Assembly: GCA_002794465.1 (NCBI GenBank)
Contig: MTSL01000174.1
Coordinates: 4,602 to 36,601, forward strand
DNA length: 32,000 nucleotides
Source of the DNA: Paramicrosporidium saccamoebae KSL3
Taxonomy: Eukaryota > Fungi > Cryptomycota
Direction: 5' to 3'
Shown here piece after piece: positions 28,544 to 32,000 of this stretch. How positions within the stretch are numbered: position 1 is the first letter of the stretch; every line of letters begins with the position of its first letter. A program made the translations under genes and the position numbers. The notes under the pieces are model-generated. The model made no database searches. It saw only the letters and a program-made list of their open reading frames with translations, and was not told the DNA's origin.

Positions 28544-28650
28544 CGGGATGACACTGCTTAGCGACCGTCTCATAGGGCACCATTGGTCCGTTACTATGAC
28601 TACGCTCTAGATAAATGAGGCTTGCATGTCATCATGAGCCTGTAAAAGCA

Positions 28651-28740
28651 CTCAATCATGCTGATGTAATGTTGACATGGGTAGATGCATGATTGAGCCT
28701 ATTCGGGTCGCTGGTTCTTTTATTGGTCAGCTCTCGACCC
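28651..28740. other. Two adjacent inverted repeats in the intergenic region
   Basis: CTCAATCATGC (28651-28661) and GCATGATTGAG (28687-28697) form a perfect 11-bp stem. GGGTCG (28705-28710) and CGACCC (28735-28740) enclose a GCTG/CAGC inner stem. Confidence 0.7.
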
Positions 28741-28815
28741 ATAAACATGAATGTTGTACCGACTAGTATTCCTTTGTGAATTGTCTCTTACTGGCCCGTC
28801 CCCTTGACTCTACTA

Positions 28816-29294
28816 TTAAATATCCCTATACAATGAGTATATTTTCGCGGTTGCACGGGTCAGCTTGTCTCGTTCAGCCTCCGCAGCGTCTCCGCCAAAC
28901 CTCTCTGTCGCCATTCCCCTCCTCCTCAACCGTCCCCGCAGTTCCCCCAATATCCTCAGTTCTCCTCCCAGCGTACCCTCCATCGCCTCCAGACGTGTCA
29001 TGCCAGTCTGTACGCCAAAGGCCCCACCCAGCGAGGCGCCCGACACGGCAGCGCCAGAAGTGACGAGTAGTTTGCAGAGACGACTGCTGTGTTGGCCGAG
29101 ACTCATAATATAGCCCGCTGCGGAGCCAATGATACAGCCTGTGATTGCTAGCAGAGTCATGAACACTGCACGTATGGAATACTGACCGTGATGAGAAAGC
29201 GACGAGCCCGCTGTATTTCGCTTAATTCGTGCTCCGTCAGCTCCATAGTGTCTATCAATGTCTGTTGCGCATCGATGCGTTCCAATATGCTCAT
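28816..29294 (-). CDS. Orphan small membrane protein with two Gly-rich TM helices (about 147 aa)
   Basis: ATG 29294, exon 1 MSILERIDAQQTLIDTMELTEHELSEIQRARRFLITV. A 35-nt intron at 29148-29182 (GTATTC...CTAG) joins in frame to TITGCIIGSAAGYIM...LLVTSGAAVSGASLGGAFGV. The extreme C-terminus may contain a further intron. Confidence 0.7.
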
Positions 29295-29397
29295 CCTCCC
29301 CAAGAATGAGTGAATTCAAAATTTATTTTTAAATCTCGATTCGCTCTAGGGTCGTTATAATTTCTAAAAGGCTAGCCCGCTGGTTGCGTATTAATAG

Positions 29398-30410
<1,013 letters not shown>

Positions 30411-30488
30411 AATAATAAATCTAACCATATTTGTGGAATGGTTATTTAGGGGGGGGTGATGTGGTGAATCAAATATAGAAAGAAGATT

Positions 30489-30634
30489 CCAAGTCCAAGT
30501 CCAAGTCAGAGGCGAGAGGCGAGAGGCGAGAGGGGAGAAATGACAAGATTGACGCTTTACCTACACTTTACCGTCTCCACTTTCCTCCTCTTCCCTCCTC
30601 TTCCCTCCCCTCCCCTACCTTACCTTACCTTACC
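30489..30634. repeat. Block of simple repeats: (CCAAGT)3, (AGAGGCG)3-4, then pyrimidine tract (CTCCTCTTCC)2/(CCCCT)n and (TACCT)n
   Basis: Read directly from 30489-30540 (purine-rich) and 30580-30634 (pyrimidine-rich). Confidence 0.9.
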
Positions 30635-30715
30635 ACGCACCAGGGATTCCCCAATAAAGGGCCGTATTACTAATCTCACAATGTTCATTTTCCCGATTTG
30701 GAGTGCGGCGCGTTC

Positions 30716-31935
30716 ATGTTGAGCGCTATTGATGTGGTCGCAGTGGCCGAGAGTGCGGGCTCGAATATGGTTCTGAATGACGAGAATGCCCGTCGGATTC
30801 CGCTTCGGCTGCCCATTCTGCAAGATTCCGAAGTAGACATTATGAGCTTCTCTGCCGACTTTCTTCCTTTCAGTATCCATCTTAAGGGGCACTGAACGGT
30901 CTAGAACATTCGCATTTTATGGCATTGGAGACGGCTGTGGGACCGGTTTGTGTAACTCTGCGTCGCGGCGATGTATACGCATTTGTTATGGTAAGGACGG
31001 CCCTTGGAACGGACCATCTACGGATACCGATGGACCAAATATCTCGTCCGCACTGGTACGAGCGTCTGTTTAGGAAATGGCCGTCTGTTGAGGAGGTTCT
31101 TAGAAAGGCAAAGCATCCGTTGGCAGCAGCACCATTTATCAGGGTCCGAGACCGAAGTGTTGGGAACAGTTTGATTAAACTGGATGAACGATTGGTCATT
31201 GGTAGCCATAAGATTGGAGTTGTCTATGCCGGTGCTGGCCAGTCCGACCTTGATCAAATGCTCTCTAATAACACCCGTACTCGCCAAGGACCTGTTTAAT
31301 TCTAGATGACGTCTCGGGACAGTTTTGGAGGTTTGTCTCCTTTCTGGGACATTCAATAGAGTTGCGTGGCTGGCATGGCTTTAATGGCGGGCTAGACACG
31401 GTCTACGACCACACGGGAACCACCAGCTATTACACAAAATGGCAGCAGCTAGAGTTCATGTTCCATGTCGGACCCTTAATACCCATCTCCCATGCTGATC
31501 CCCAATACGTATCGGTGGAGGGAGGGCTGACTTGTAGGTGGAGAGGAAACGACACATTGGGAATGACATTGTACTTGTAGTGTTCCGCGACCGAGCCGCA
31601 CCAGCTGTGAATCTGGCCAAAATTTATTCTAGACAGATCCATGGGGTGCTTATTGTCACTCCGACCTCTGCCGATTCCGAGTTTTCCTTCCATCTCGAGA
31701 TTTATCGACACAAGAATATGCCGCACATTCCCTCCTTTGTCGAAGAGCCCAACGTGTATTCCCTCAGCGATCCTGACCATCGATCCATGTTCCTTGCCAA
31801 GTGTACGTCCCCCAACTTGTTAACGGCATAGTGTTATTTACCGAGAGGATTAGCTATAAGACGCCTGATTTCGCAACACTCTTACATCGTACAAGGAGTT
31901 CCATGCTGCGAGAGCTTGTTGTTGAATATTTGTAA
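30716..31935 (+). CDS. Rap1 GTPase-activating protein family (Rap/Ran-GAP domain)
   Basis: HKIGVVY, FLG...L.GWHGFNGGLDT..DHTG, EFMFHV and ERKRHIGNDIVLVVF (Asn thumb), ending LAKLLFTER...HRTRSSML. Exons 30716-30872, 30905-31276, 31306-31508, 31538-31802, 31832-31935; introns of 32, 29, 29 and 29 nt. Start codon uncertain. Confidence 0.9.
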
Positions 31936-31966
31936 ATAAAGCCACGTCAATTTTGAGTGATGATTG

Positions 31967-32000
31967 TGGGTTGGGTTGAGCTGAGCTGAGCTGAGCTGAG
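31967..32000 (+). repeat. Pentamer array (TGGGT)2 then (TGAGC)n, running off the right edge
   Basis: tgggttgggttgagctgagctgagctgagctgag at the window end. Confidence 0.9.

Noticed and set aside
31967-32000. Resemblance of (GAGCT)n/GGGT pentamers to immunoglobulin switch repeats
   Set aside because: A short microsatellite in a non-vertebrate genome; coincidence is sufficient, and the array is cut by the window edge.

Overview
A 32 kb piece of a highly compacted eukaryotic nuclear genome, not prokaryotic. It holds about 21 protein-coding genes in the standard genetic code, with intergenic gaps as short as 35-150 bp. I reconstructed 19 spliceosomal introns by hand, all 28-35 nt. Recognisable genes in order: Exo84 (cut by the left edge), capping protein beta, arginyl-tRNA synthetase, two tandem CTL/PNS1 choline-transporter-like paralogues, a C2CD5-like protein, probable Pol I subunit RPA34, NDP kinase, mitochondrial B12-dependent methylmalonyl-CoA mutase, LARP1, a shortened COG8, a PH-ArfGAP-ankyrin protein, CNS1/TTC4, ATG7, an LRR protein, DIM1 and a Rap1GAP-family protein. 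There are also five orphans: three clustered signal-peptide proteins, one small basic protein and one two-TM protein. Fungal-like proteins, retained ancestral opisthokont genes and extreme compaction suggest an early-diverging fungal relative (Rozellomycota, Paramicrosporidium-like). That assignment is inference and was not verified. The most unusual signal is the intron class: all 19 start GTA, 17 end TAG, and only 5 keep G at +5. Many intergenic gaps carry short degenerate tandem arrays (periods of about 5, 8, 11, 16 and 21 nt). I saw no rRNA, tRNA, CRISPR array or transposase. I cannot claim a definite new multi-gene system; the findings are leads.
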